DNA from: an uncultured Acidobacteriota bacterium
Lineage (GTDB): Bacteria; Acidobacteriota; Blastocatellia; Pyrinomonadales; Pyrinomonadaceae
Direction: 5' to 3'
NCBI GenBank assembly: GCA_937873515.1
Contig: CALMYB010000001.1
Location: 79,904 to 143,903 of the forward strand
Length of the DNA: 64,000 bases
Shown here piece by piece: positions 10,374 to 20,093 of the stretch. The notes under the pieces are model-generated. The model had not been told where the DNA came from and did not search any database. It saw only the letters and a list, made by a program, of their open reading frames with translations. The position numbers and the translations under genes were made by a program. Each line of letters starts with the position of its first letter. Within the stretch, counting starts at the first letter, position 1.

Positions 10374-11539
10374 TGAGATTCAATTTCACAACAGCAGGAG
10401 AATCGCACGGCAAGGCCCTCGTAACGATCGTCGAGGGGATGCCAAGCGGCGTCAATATCCAGAATGCGTCCATTGACCACGAACTTTGGCGACGCCAGCA
10501 AGGTTATGGCCGCGGCGGCCGAATGAGGATCGAGACCGATACGGTCGAGATCCTTTCGGGCGTGCGGCATGGCAAAAGCCTTGGTTCGCCGATCACGCTT
10601 CTCATCGAGAACGACGATTTTGTCCATTGGGAAGCAATAATGTCGTCCGAGGCGAACGTAGAATTGCCCAAGAATCCGCGTGTCGTCAAGCGCCCGCGTC
10701 CTGGGCACGCCGACCTTGCCGGCGGCCAAAAATTCGCCACGCGTGATCTTCGCGACATTCTTGAACGCGCATCCGCGCGCGAGACCGCGGCACGCGTTGC
10801 CGCCGGAGCCGTGGCAAAGCAGCTCTTGTCGGAATTCGGCGTTGAGGTCAGAAGCCACGTCATCAAGCTTGGGCACGTGCAGGCGGTTCCGCTCTTGCGC
10901 GACTGGAACGACATTGCGAAACTTCCGGTCGATTCACCGCTCAATTGCGTCGATGTTGTCGCGCAGGAAGAGATGATCCGCTTGATCGACGAAACGCGCG
11001 ATGCGGGCGATACGCTCGGAGGGATATTTGAGGTCGTCGTTCGCGGGCTTCCGATCGGGCTTGGCAGTCACACCTCATGGGAAGACAAATTGGACGGGCG
11101 CATCGCGAGAGCAGTTATGTCGATCCATGCGATCAAGGCGGTCGAGATCGGTGCAGGCGTTGCGAACGCCGGAAAGCCGGGCTCGGAAGTACATGATGAG
11201 ATCGCCTTCGATGGAGAGAATTTCACTCGGCTCTCGAACAATGCCGGCGGCCTCGAAGGCGGTATAACCAACGGCGAAGAGCTGCGGGTTCGCGGCTACA
11301 TGAAGCCGATCTCAACGCTCAAGAAACCGCTCCGTTCGGTCGATATCGACACAAAAGAAGAGCAAGCCGCGGCATTCGAACGCTCTGACGTAACCGCAGT
11401 TCCGGCCGCCGGCGTTATCGGTGAAGCGATGATGGCGATCGTCCTGGCAAACTCGATGCGTGAGAAGTTCGGCGGCGACTCGTTCGATGAAATGCGGCGA
11501 AATTACGATTCATACATCGAAGCAATAAAGGCTTACTAA
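10373..11539 (+). CDS. aroC: chorismate synthase
   Basis: N-terminal [10 protein letters not shown] signature, [20 protein letters not shown]. 388 aa. Confidence 0.95.
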   Translation: MRFNFTTAGESHGKALVTIVEGMPSGVNIQNASIDHELWRRQQGYGRGGRMRIETDTVEILSGVRHGKSLGSPITLLIENDDFVHWEAIMSSEANVELPKNPRVVKRPRPGHADLAGGQKFATRDLRDILERASARETAARVAAGAVAKQLLSEFGVEVRSHVIKLGHVQAVPLLRDWNDIAKLPVDSPLNCVDVVAQEEMIRLIDETRDAGDTLGGIFEVVVRGLPIGLGSHTSWEDKLDGRIARAVMSIHAIKAVEIGAGVANAGKPGSEVHDEIAFDGENFTRLSNNAGGLEGGITNGEELRVRGYMKPISTLKKPLRSVDIDTKEEQAAAFERSDVTAVPAAGVIGEAMMAIVLANSMREKFGGDSFDEMRRNYDSYIEAIKAY

Positions 11540-11543
11540 AGAT

Positions 11544-12815
11544 CTACTTTCCGATATCTTTGCGAAACTGCATTCCGGGCCACGAGATCTTCGAAACAGC
11601 TTCATAGGCACTCAATAGTGCGCCGTCGAGATTTCTATCGACGGCCGTCACACCAAGCACGCGTCCGCCTGAGGTGACAAAATTCCCTGCCGCATCTCGA
11701 GCGGTTCCGGCATGGAAAACGGCGACATCCTGCACCTTCGCTGCCTCCGTGAGGCCGTTGATAATATCGCCCGTACGCGGCTTGACCGGATAGCCTTCTG
11801 CGGCAAGGATCACGCACGCGGAACTTCCCTTCGTCCATTTGATGTCGAGATCCGACAAATTCCCCGCCAGCATCGCTTCGCAAATATCAACAAAGTCCGT
11901 CTCAAGACGCACGAGTATCGATTGCGTCTCGGGGTCGCCAAAACGGACATTGTATTCAAGGACCATCGGCCCGCTCGCCGTCAGCATCAGTCCAAAAAAG
12001 AGTATGCCGCGAAAGGAAATATCCTCGCGTTTGCAGGCATGAAACGTGGGCCTGACGATGCGTTCCACTATATCTGACAGCTCCGTTTCGGAAAGCAGCG
12101 CGTCATCAGAGACCGTCCCCATGCCGCCGGTATTCGGCCCCGTATCGCCATCGGCAAGGCGTTTGTGGTCGCGAACCGCAGGCATCAACGCAAAATTCTC
12201 GCCGTCCGAAAATGCGAGAAGGGATACTTCCCTGCCCACTAGACATTCTTCAAGAACGATCTTATCAGCGGCCGCGGAGCCGGCGATCTCGCCAAGATGG
12301 TTTATCGCATCGGTCGCCGCGGCACGGCCTTTTGCAACGACAACACCTTTCCCGGCCGCAAGCCCGTCCGCCTTTACCACTACGGTCGCGTCAGGCCCGC
12401 CAAAATCACCGCTCTCAAGCTCTAAGACTGCGAAATCCGCGGAATGCGAAACCGTAAATTTTGCTGTCGGAATTCCGTGCCTTGCCATAAACCCTTTTGC
12501 GAACGCCTTGCTGGCTTCGAGCTGAGCACCAATTGCCCGAGGTCCGATGATCCGCAGCCCGCGGCGTTCGAATTCATCGACGATCCCAAGCGCCAGCGAT
12601 GTTTCGCCGCCCACAAAGGTAATTCCTATGTCGTTCGCGGCCGCAAAATCCGCAAGAGATCTCACATCGTCCGCCGCAATATTCACACAATTTGCGCTCG
12701 ACGCGATCCCGGCATTTCCTGGGGCACAGAAAAGATTCTCTGTTTTTGTAGAACGACGGAACGCCGAGCAGATCGCGTGCTCACGCCCGCCCGATCCAAC
12801 CACTAAAATATTCAT
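11544..12815 (-). CDS. purD: phosphoribosylamine--glycine ligase
   Basis: Begins MNILVVGSGGREHA, ATP-grasp body, C-terminal GGRVLGVTA. 423 aa. Confidence 0.95.
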   Translation of the reverse strand: MNILVVGSGGREHAICSAFRRSTKTENLFCAPGNAGIASSANCVNIAADDVRSLADFAAANDIGITFVGGETSLALGIVDEFERRGLRIIGPRAIGAQLEASKAFAKGFMARHGIPTAKFTVSHSADFAVLELESGDFGGPDATVVVKADGLAAGKGVVVAKGRAAATDAINHLGEIAGSAAADKIVLEECLVGREVSLLAFSDGENFALMPAVRDHKRLADGDTGPNTGGMGTVSDDALLSETELSDIVERIVRPTFHACKREDISFRGILFFGLMLTASGPMVLEYNVRFGDPETQSILVRLETDFVDICEAMLAGNLSDLDIKWTKGSSACVILAAEGYPVKPRTGDIINGLTEAAKVQDVAVFHAGTARDAAGNFVTSGGRVLGVTAVDRNLDGALLSAYEAVSKISWPGMQFRKDIGK

Positions 12816-13028
12816 AAACCTTTGTTAAGTCTCGGTCAGTAATTTTACCTTGACAGGTATTACCCTAAATTGTAACTTCAATTAACATCCTACACCGTTG
12901 ATTCCGAAAGCGCCGAATTATGACGCTCACTTTCTTATCGGACATCAATGCATCGCGACGATAGCTTCTTCGTGCGCTCAAGCGGTCAAGGATGTCCATG
13001 AAACAATTTTAGTCAGCTGGGTTATTAG

Positions 13029-13379
13029 ATGTCTTCGAATCCTCACATTCCTGAGAAAGACCGAAATTCTATGAGCGAAGGCTCTGCCGAATTACCGGAT
13101 ATGTCGATCGTCTGCCTCGACTGCAACCAGGAGTTCATTTGGACGACCGGCGAACGCACCTTTTTTCATCAGAAGGGACTTACAAATCCGCCAAAGCGTT
13201 GCAAACCGTGCAAAAGGGCAAAAAACGATCGTGTCGAAGCTGCGATCGCAGCGTCGAACGGTCAGCGGCAGAAGGTTTCGGTCAAGGTTGAATGTGCCTC
13301 CTGCGGACGCGAAACAACCGTTCCCTTCTACCCCTCTCAGGGCAGGCCCGTCCTTTGCAGGGAGTGTTTCCGCAAATAG
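13029..13379 (+). CDS. zinc-ribbon protein (two CxxC...CxxC modules)
   Basis: 116 aa with CLDC..(30)..CKPC and CASC..(17)..CREC. The second module has CxxC-x17-CxxC spacing. Confidence 0.65.
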   Translation: MSSNPHIPEKDRNSMSEGSAELPDMSIVCLDCNQEFIWTTGERTFFHQKGLTNPPKRCKPCKRAKNDRVEAAIAASNGQRQKVSVKVECASCGRETTVPFYPSQGRPVLCRECFRK

Positions 13380-13496
13380 TCCGCGCCATTTTCTTTCTAC
13401 TAAGCTCAATAAGCGCAGCAATTTGCGTCCGCACCCGGGCGGCCGGCGAATTCAAATAGTCTCAAGGTAAAAAAGTCGGTTCGGTGGAGATGAGTA

Positions 13497-13574
13497 GGGC
13501 GGCGTCTCCCACAGCGCCGCCCTGGTGCCACAAGTCCTCACTTCTTGTGACAAACGTTCACCGGGGTGGTGAAC
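13497..13574. other. three consecutive stem-loops between convergent genes (terminator cluster or small structured RNA)
   Basis: H1 is GGGCGGCG(13497-13504)/CGCCGCCC(13515-13522). H2 is GCCACAAG(13527-13534)/CTTGTGAC(13544-13551). H3 is GTTCACC(13556-13562)/GGTGAAC(13568-13574). Confidence 0.4.
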
Positions 13575-13674
13575 AAAACCGATTATCCACACGGTTGAAA
13601 AAATTGCAACCCGCTAGCAAATATTATTTGTAAGTTTTTGTAAAAAATCCCCCATCTGGGGTATGCAGCAGGCA

Positions 13675-14940
13675 CTACCTGGCGACTGAGATCGCACCGG
13701 GAAGGACGGCAAATTCGCCTGTCGGCAACTGAGCGAAGATCGAATAGGCACCCGCCGGTGCCTTTTCGTCCACAGTTACCTGGAAGCGAATCGCAGAAAC
13801 ATTCTCGGCATAGTCTAGGTCAGCTAGCGTTGTCTCATCTATCCTGACGAACGGAGACGAGGTGTAGAGAGCAAGCTGCGAAGCATCGAGGCCGCGGCCG
13901 CCGACCGTCATCAGGTTCGTAGAGCCCGGCCGAAGCTTGACCGCCGATGTGGACAAGAGGCCGTCAACACCAACATAAGCGAGCTCGAACGGAGCCAGAA
14001 TAGCGGACGGCTTCGCTTCAAACCGCGTCACAACGCCCGATTCGACGGAAAGGGTGCCAAGATCCTCGGCGAGCGTTCCGACGCCTTCACGGGCGATCAG
14101 AACGGCGTACGTTCCTGCGCTCAGGCCCCCGAATGAGAAATCGCCGTCATTTTGAATGCGGGTTCCTGCTGAGATCTCGCCGTTCTTGTCTTCGAGTAAG
14201 ATCAAGCTTCCCGTGAGAGAGCGGTCACTGTCTAGCAGCCTTCCGGTGACACGTCCGCAGCATGATCCGTTTAATGCCGCTGGGCCGTAAAGCGAACGGA
14301 CAACAGCAATATCCTCTGCCGACAGTGCTTTTCTAAACGAGAAGCCGGGACCGATCGTTGAATTGATATCAACGTTCCCGTGCATCACGGAACCCATGAT
14401 CTGCGAGTGGCGAAGACCGAGAAGATGGCCGATCTCGTGAGTGAGAACTCCCTCTAGGTCGTACGTAGCGTAGGAGCCATCGCTAGAGAACGCCGCGAAC
14501 GGATTCAAAACAATATCAGCTTCGGTAACAAATCCGTTTCGATCAGTAAAAACACGCGTTTTGGCCGAAATGTTCGTGTCACCGGATGTAAAGAGGGCGA
14601 GATTTTCGCTTGTCTGGGCTATCGTAACAAGGCTCTCGCCGTCGCCCCGAGTGGCAGGACTTGCATCACGCCGCTTTGATTCGACAAATGCAATTTGGAC
14701 GTTCGCAACCGATTCCCAAGTCGATATCGCATTCCGGATCGCTCTTTCAATATCTGTGCCGGGCTTAAAGTTTGAAGCTCCCGCAAATAGCGAACGGGAG
14801 ATCGCAATGGTTATACGATCCGACCGCCACCTTGCGGGCGCGACCTTAGCTCCGGCTCCTGCCTCATATTCGGAGGCAAAAGAGCTGGTCGCGGCCGCAA
14901 ACACCAAGAAGGCTGCGAGATATCGGATAACGCTTCGCAT
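13675..14940 (-). CDS. secreted zinc metalloprotease (matrixin/M10-like) with CarboxypepD_reg-like domain
   Basis: Signal peptide, HEIGHLLGLRH zinc motif (HExxHxxGxxH), then a beta-sandwich segment VTGRLLD...GDFSFGGLSAGTYAV. Confidence 0.75.
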   Translation of the reverse strand: MRSVIRYLAAFLVFAAATSSFASEYEAGAGAKVAPARWRSDRITIAISRSLFAGASNFKPGTDIERAIRNAISTWESVANVQIAFVESKRRDASPATRGDGESLVTIAQTSENLALFTSGDTNISAKTRVFTDRNGFVTEADIVLNPFAAFSSDGSYATYDLEGVLTHEIGHLLGLRHSQIMGSVMHGNVDINSTIGPGFSFRKALSAEDIAVVRSLYGPAALNGSCCGRVTGRLLDSDRSLTGSLILLEDKNGEISAGTRIQNDGDFSFGGLSAGTYAVLIAREGVGTLAEDLGTLSVESGVVTRFEAKPSAILAPFELAYVGVDGLLSTSAVKLRPGSTNLMTVGGRGLDASQLALYTSSPFVRIDETTLADLDYAENVSAIRFQVTVDEKAPAGAYSIFAQLPTGEFAVLPGAISVAR

Positions 14941-14942
14941 TA

Positions 14943-15203
14943 CTATGGAGCGTCTTCGTGAACCGTGCCGTCCGCATTTACGTGCTCGAGGTCAGCAAAA
15001 GCAACGGTAAGAAGAAGCCAAACAAGGCTGAGGGTCGCAAGCACATAGAGGATCGAGATCTGTTCGTACACGATCAGCAAAGTGACAACGACAGCCACCA
15101 GTGCCATCCAGAAAAAAGCGACCGTTCGCTTGCCAAAACGTCTTTTTGATACAGGTTCCATAGGTAAACCTTGATTATAGGCGGTCAGACCGCAAAATAC
15201 CAA
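14943..15203 (-). CDS. hypothetical small membrane protein
   Basis: 86-aa ORF with two long hydrophobic helices, packed 2 nt upstream of the protease gene. Confidence 0.4.
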   Translation of the reverse strand: MVFCGLTAYNQGLPMEPVSKRRFGKRTVAFFWMALVAVVVTLLIVYEQISILYVLATLSLVWLLLTVAFADLEHVNADGTVHEDAP

Positions 15204-15218
15204 GCAAAAATCGTCAGA

Positions 15219-16160
15219 TCATTCGATGATGACCAACGGAAGGGCGGCATGTTTGTCGGCCGCGGGGCCCGCGATCTCGGGCGGATATTTGCGTTCGCCG
15301 CCGCCTTTTGTCATAACTTCAACGATATCGAGCGGCTGCATTTCAGGGTCTTTTTCGGTTCCGGCGGCGATCTTTTTCAGATCCGCCTCGATACGTGAAG
15401 GTTGGCCTTTGTCTCGTCGATAGATCACGACGCGGCGTTCGTCGCCGTCCTTGGCCACCCCTCCGGCCATAGCGATCAGTCTCGAAAGCGTGACCTTCTC
15501 TTTTGATGGTATCGGCCGCGGGCTCCGTACCCCGCCGATCGCATAGATCGGAAGTGCCTTTTCAACGACCACAAGATCGCCGGGCGAAATGAAAGGATCT
15601 GCGTCCGGGCGGCCGTTGACGAGATCAGAGATCTTTATCACGAAACGCCCGCTTTGCTCCTTTGCATCAGGAGCCGGGCAGCTTGGGCCTTCCGGGCGAA
15701 ATATGCTCACCTCGCCTCCCGAGCTGTCCGTAATTCCGCCCGAGCGTGCTATCAGTTCCCTCAATCGGATCGGACGCTTTATCTGATAACGGTGGGGCGA
15801 GCGAACCGCACCATCAAGGATCGCAACCTGACGATTGGAGCGATCGACGATAAAGACCTTTACTTTTGGATCTCGGAGTGTCGAGGATAGCGTTCTTATG
15901 GCATCTGCAGCTATCTCCGAAGGCATCCTGCATTGTGCCTTTACAGGGTCGCCGAATTCGTTAAAACCGTTAAGAAATCCTTCCGGCGTGAGGCCGCCGC
16001 GCCAATCGTGATCGAGGCTACCTTCGACGTCAACTTCGACGATGTCGCCCGAGTGTACGGCATCGAACCGGTCTGGGGCGAAGGTTTGGGCTGTTACAGT
16101 ATGTGAGAATATGGCCGCAAAAAAGAAGAACACGCCCGCGGCAAGCCCGCACGCGGTCAA
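15219..16160 (-). CDS. polysaccharide export protein (Wza-like, Poly_export + SLBB domains)
   Basis: Signal-like LAAGVFFFFAAIFSHTVTAQ, then SGDIVEVDV...GL, RPIRLRELIARSGG and PGDLVVV repeats typical of Poly_export/SLBB. Paralogous to 59443..60441. The ORF track extends to 16367, but a TTG at 16160 overlaps the stop of the upstream small ORF (TTGA). Confidence 0.75.
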   Translation of the reverse strand: MTACGLAAGVFFFFAAIFSHTVTAQTFAPDRFDAVHSGDIVEVDVEGSLDHDWRGGLTPEGFLNGFNEFGDPVKAQCRMPSEIAADAIRTLSSTLRDPKVKVFIVDRSNRQVAILDGAVRSPHRYQIKRPIRLRELIARSGGITDSSGGEVSIFRPEGPSCPAPDAKEQSGRFVIKISDLVNGRPDADPFISPGDLVVVEKALPIYAIGGVRSPRPIPSKEKVTLSRLIAMAGGVAKDGDERRVVIYRRDKGQPSRIEADLKKIAAGTEKDPEMQPLDIVEVMTKGGGERKYPPEIAGPAADKHAALPLVIIE

Positions 16161-16363
16161 CTCTCCTCGTCGGCACCGCGTGTCTTTTTCTTTCCGGTGG
16201 GCTTGCTCGACACCGTTCCGGGGACGGCAAAACCTTTGAATTCCCAGTTGCAGCTGTCGCATAAGAGAAAGTACCGAAAGAAAAGCTTTGAGAGCACTGT
16301 CGTATGTCGATAACCTCGTCGAATGCGTTTGCTGCTGCAGCGAGGACAGCTTTGAGAGACCAT
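16157..16363 (-). CDS. putative small zinc-ribbon protein
   Basis: 68 aa with CPRC...(27)...CDSC and a Lys-rich tail. Lies in a different frame from the long Wza ORF extension, and its stop overlaps the candidate Wza TTG start. Confidence 0.35.
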   Translation of the reverse strand: MVSQSCPRCSSKRIRRGYRHTTVLSKLFFRYFLLCDSCNWEFKGFAVPGTVSSKPTGKKKTRGADEES

Positions 16364-16379
16364 GCAAAATTATCTTAAC

Positions 16380-17333
16380 CTATAGATCCAAAATATTATC
16401 ATCGCGGCGCGCAAGCCTTTCAAGTCCGCGATCGATCTTCCGCAAGAATTCGTCGCGATCCGGTTCTGCGGCTCGACGCCCGCCTAAAAAGAATAGCGCA
16501 TCTCGGTATAGATGCCTTGCCAAAGGGACATCGCCTTCATTTTCGGCACGTTCTGCCTTTTCGATCGTATCCGAGACCTTGATCTCCGTCACGATCTCAT
16601 CGAGCAGCTCTCGCGACTCCACCAACGCAGGCTCCGACGGATAGAACGCTAGAGCAGAATCGAGAACATCCGTCGCGGCCTGGGCGGCCGAGAGACGCTC
16701 GTCAGGACTCCGTTGCGAGCTTGCCTCCAGCGCAAGGGCCCTTGACTTGATCGACGCCCATTGAAGCAAATGATATTTGTGAAATTCCGCCACCGATCGC
16801 TTTGCCGACTGGAACGCGGGCAGCCTCGGCGAACCCGGGCCAATGCTGTCGAATTCCCTCTCGATCAACGAAAGATACTCGCTGCACATCTCAAAAACCT
16901 CACGATGCCCTTCAGCGAACCGAGCAAGTGTGATGGCGGCATCGGACTTTTTCTTGATGGCACGAAGCAGCTGCGCATTCTGTTCAAGGCTGAGTTTTTC
17001 GTCCTTTGGTGGGCGAACGGCGTTCTTTAGATAGACGTCGTTAAGGCTGCGACTGAATTGCCGCTCAGCGGCAAGGAATTTATTGCGGACGCGCCGAAGA
17101 ATTATCTCACGCAGCGAAACGGCGCAAACAAGTACGAGACTTGCTACGATCCCTGAAGTTATCCAAGGCGTCTGCTCACCGCCGTCGTGCAAGATCCCCC
17201 AAAGCAAAAAGAAGGTGCAAAGAGAGATCGCCAGCGCCAATACGTAGTAGTTTGCCGCCGGAAGCCAGAATGGAATTCGGCCGCGATGGAGCCTGGCTGG
17301 ATTTTGTCGCGATCGCTGGGCGTTTCGGTTCAC
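16380..17333 (-). CDS. hypothetical membrane protein (2 N-terminal TM helices plus long helical cytoplasmic region)
   Basis: 317-aa ORF with coherent composition. No family recognised. Confidence 0.55.
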   Translation of the reverse strand: MNRNAQRSRQNPARLHRGRIPFWLPAANYYVLALAISLCTFFLLWGILHDGGEQTPWITSGIVASLVLVCAVSLREIILRRVRNKFLAAERQFSRSLNDVYLKNAVRPPKDEKLSLEQNAQLLRAIKKKSDAAITLARFAEGHREVFEMCSEYLSLIEREFDSIGPGSPRLPAFQSAKRSVAEFHKYHLLQWASIKSRALALEASSQRSPDERLSAAQAATDVLDSALAFYPSEPALVESRELLDEIVTEIKVSDTIEKAERAENEGDVPLARHLYRDALFFLGGRRAAEPDRDEFLRKIDRGLERLARRDDNILDL

Positions 17334-17658
17334 TTCGACTCGCTCTCGTAAAGAGATTGGAAACTAAGAGTTCCGGGAAGACTTCCCCTTATCGCGAAAT
17401 TTTAACAAAATTACGTGAAGATTCACTACTGTTTCCACAAAAGTTCGAGATTTCCCCTGATGTGTCTGGTAAACTTTTCGATTAGCCGATGGTTAGAAGG
17501 TCCAAACAAAAGACGGAGAAAAGGCCGGTGTTCGATTCGATCCGGAAGCCGACCGCGCCTCCGGCACGACGTTTTGGGGATAACGCTCCTGAGTCGGTGC
17601 GGCACCCGTCCCTACGAAAAGAGAAACATAAGAAGACCGAGGACGAGAGGGGCGAAGA

Positions 17659-17943
17659 ATGAGCTGGTTCAGCCGAAGACCAAAGCGATCGATGACGGCC
17701 GCCGCTTGGGCGCGCCCTGAAATGAGCGTTACCTTTCGTGCGGAGATCATGCCCGGCCGGACGCGTGAAGAACGGACCTTCAAGATCGCAAAGGTCTTTC
17801 CTAATGGCCGCGTTACGCTCTACGATTTCCTCGGCGAACACCGTGAAGGAGCGTTCGAGCCGATCAACTTCCTTCGCGAAAAAGCACGGGCCAGTTTAGA
17901 CGGAAATGACCCCGCCGACGGGAAAGATCCTGACATTGGATAG
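17659..17943 (+). CDS. hypothetical small protein
   Basis: 94-aa ORF with a globular-looking core (FKIAKVFPNGRVTLYDFLGEHREGAFEPINF). Its 3' end overlaps the convergent hydrolase gene by about 48 nt, so the call is weak. Confidence 0.3.
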   Translation: MSWFSRRPKRSMTAAAWARPEMSVTFRAEIMPGRTREERTFKIAKVFPNGRVTLYDFLGEHREGAFEPINFLREKARASLDGNDPADGKDPDIG

Positions 17944-18672
17944 GCCCAACTCTTCGATCTCAGCAACTACCTGTTCACGGAACATCGGTTTGATATTCGC
18001 TACATAGACCGGGAGATCGCCGCGATCCAGCTTTTCGAGCTCAGCCTTCAGGCCGAGCGGCGTAAGATGGCGGGCCGTCGCGGCAAGCTTAGTCATTGAT
18101 TCGGGAAACGCACATTCGACAACGATCGCCCTCAGGTCGTTCCGCTGCCCTGCAGCCACCCAGATCGCGTCCGTATCTGCCGTGTCGCCTGTCAGGGCGA
18201 TCGTGCCGATGGCATCGCCGACAATGAATCCTGCGCTCGGCTCATTGTGATTCACCTTGACCGGAAGGATAGACAGGCCCGCAACGCTGAATTCCACCTC
18301 GAATTCGTATTCACGAAATTCCAGGACCTGCCCGAATTCGTTCTTTATCTCTTCAAAATTCGGATATATGACATCGTTGAATATATGAGATCTAAGGGCC
18401 CCGATCATCGTTAACGAAGCATGAACCCGGATCGGTGAACGCAGGGTTGAAAAAAGGTCATCAATGAAGAGCGGCAAACCTGCAATGTGATCAAGATGTG
18501 TATGCGAAAGCACGATATCACGCACATTCGGGCGATCTTCCCCGATGGCCATCGCGAGGCTTCCGGCGTCAAAAGCCGCCACGCCATTAACAACGAAGCA
18601 CGCAGTATGCTGACGGGTCGAGGCCGAACCATCATCATCGAATGAGCTTTTGAGCAGCCTTATCTCCATCAA
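17896..18672 (-). CDS. MBL-fold metallo-hydrolase, class II cyclic-nucleotide phosphodiesterase-like
   Basis: SHTHLDHIAGLP motif (HxHLDH), 258 aa. Confidence 0.7.
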   Translation of the reverse strand: MMEIRLLKSSFDDDGSASTRQHTACFVVNGVAAFDAGSLAMAIGEDRPNVRDIVLSHTHLDHIAGLPLFIDDLFSTLRSPIRVHASLTMIGALRSHIFNDVIYPNFEEIKNEFGQVLEFREYEFEVEFSVAGLSILPVKVNHNEPSAGFIVGDAIGTIALTGDTADTDAIWVAAGQRNDLRAIVVECAFPESMTKLAATARHLTPLGLKAELEKLDRGDLPVYVANIKPMFREQVVAEIEELGLSNVRIFPVGGVISV

Positions 18673-18675
18673 TTC

Positions 18676-19458
18676 CTAGCGGGCGCACGTTTCGGCGCGT
18701 CCGCCGTCTATCGCATACGTCGCCCCAGTGATCCACCCGGCCTTCTCAGATGCGAGGAAATGGATCAATTCCGCGATCTCTTCGGCGTTTCCCGCACGTC
18801 CCAAAGGGTGTGTTTCTCTCGTTCGTTCGAGGAATTTTGCGTATGCCGGCTCGTCCATTCCGCCGCGTTTATGCAGGTTCGTTACTACGACGCCCGGATT
18901 TACCGCATTCACTCGGATCCCCTTCGATGCAAGATCAAGCGCCGCACAGCGCGTTAGCTGATCTACCGCAGCCTTAGAGACGCAATACGCCAGGACACCC
19001 GGGAAGGCCCGTGTGCCGGTTACGCTCGATACGTTCACGATCGAACCCTTTGTCTTCTCAAGATGCGGTATGCACTTCTGCATCAGGTAATACACCGACC
19101 GGACGTTGATATTCATTTGTTTGTCCCAGTCGGAAAGCGAGCAATCCTCGATACTGCCACCTTTTAGCACGCCTGCCGCGTTCACAAGCGTGTCAATTTG
19201 ACCGAATGAATCGATCGTTTCGCTCACAATTCGGTCGAGTTGAGTGACCTCCATAACGTCACCGAGATGCGGCCGGATCGTGCCTTCCGCATCCTTTAGC
19301 TCGTCACGCAGCGCGAACAGCTCCTTCTCGTTCCTGCCAACACCGACGACGGTCGCACCATTTTCGGCAAACAGCTTTGCGGTCGCTCGCCCGATGCCGC
19401 TGCTTGCACCGGTAACGATGGCAACTTTGTTCTTCATAGCAAACTGGTTCAATTTCAA
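18676..19458 (-). CDS. SDR family oxidoreductase (FabG-like)
   Basis: TGASSGIG cofactor motif, NAAG, catalytic YCVSKAA. 260 aa. Confidence 0.9.
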   Translation of the reverse strand: MKLNQFAMKNKVAIVTGASSGIGRATAKLFAENGATVVGVGRNEKELFALRDELKDAEGTIRPHLGDVMEVTQLDRIVSETIDSFGQIDTLVNAAGVLKGGSIEDCSLSDWDKQMNINVRSVYYLMQKCIPHLEKTKGSIVNVSSVTGTRAFPGVLAYCVSKAAVDQLTRCAALDLASKGIRVNAVNPGVVVTNLHKRGGMDEPAYAKFLERTRETHPLGRAGNAEEIAELIHFLASEKAGWITGATYAIDGGRAETCAR

Positions 19459-19500
19459 AGGTTGAATGTCGCTAGAATAACAAGCGGAGTTAGCAACTAC

Positions 19501-19537
19501 AAAAGCGAAAGGACGCCGAAATCTCTTTCAGCGTCCT
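19501..19537 (-). terminator. rho-independent terminator candidate for 19576..19794
   Basis: On the minus strand, AGGACGC-14 nt-GCGTCCT is followed by TTCGCTTTT. Confidence 0.5.
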
Positions 19538-19575
19538 AAATTTCAGACTTGAACTGGATATGATTGCTTTAGGGT

Positions 19576-19794
19576 CTATGATTCGCTTGGGCGCGGGCCC
19601 GTTGGGAAGAGCTGCTCGATAGCAGCCTTAGTTTCCTCACTCTTGCGGGTCTTAAAATCCGTGACCCAATCCGTGACCGTTGATACCATATCGCGGGCCG
19701 TTGCTCTTGCGGTCTTCACGGGCTTCTTTACTGGCCTGACCGGTACATCGGCTCGCTTGACCACTTTGATCTTTCCGTTTGCTTTCATCAGCAC
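19576..19794 (-). CDS. hypothetical small basic protein
   Basis: 72-aa ORF followed by a terminator-like hairpin. No family recognised. Confidence 0.4.
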   Translation of the reverse strand: MLMKANGKIKVVKRADVPVRPVKKPVKTARATARDMVSTVTDWVTDFKTRKSEETKAAIEQLFPTGPRPSES

Positions 19795-20093
19795 ATTCCT
19801 CCTATCTTAAGATCTTGCCTCCACAGACGGGCATTCTGTTCCTACCATTTGTAGGCAATCCAAATGCCAAAGTATGACGAAAAACCCAATTACTATTTGC
19901 AAAAAGAGCGAATTTACGATTTTGATTGCAAAAACCGGTATTTTCGTTGTCCGGATTCAATATGTTTAACGCTTTTTTTTCTGATTTGTTCCCATGAGTT
20001 GTCGATTTCGGACAATTCGAGCAAGTTTTTGCCCGAAAGCGTGTTCAGGGTCTTCCTTTCCATTCCCTTGAGGCTTATTCTATAAACCGAGTT

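Noticed and set aside
15219-16367. Long form (382 aa) of the Wza-like ORF
   Set aside because: The first ~70 residues are Arg/Ser/Gln-rich with no signal peptide character. A separate frame there encodes a CxxC...CxxC peptide, and the signal-like hydrophobic segment begins right after the TTG at 16160.
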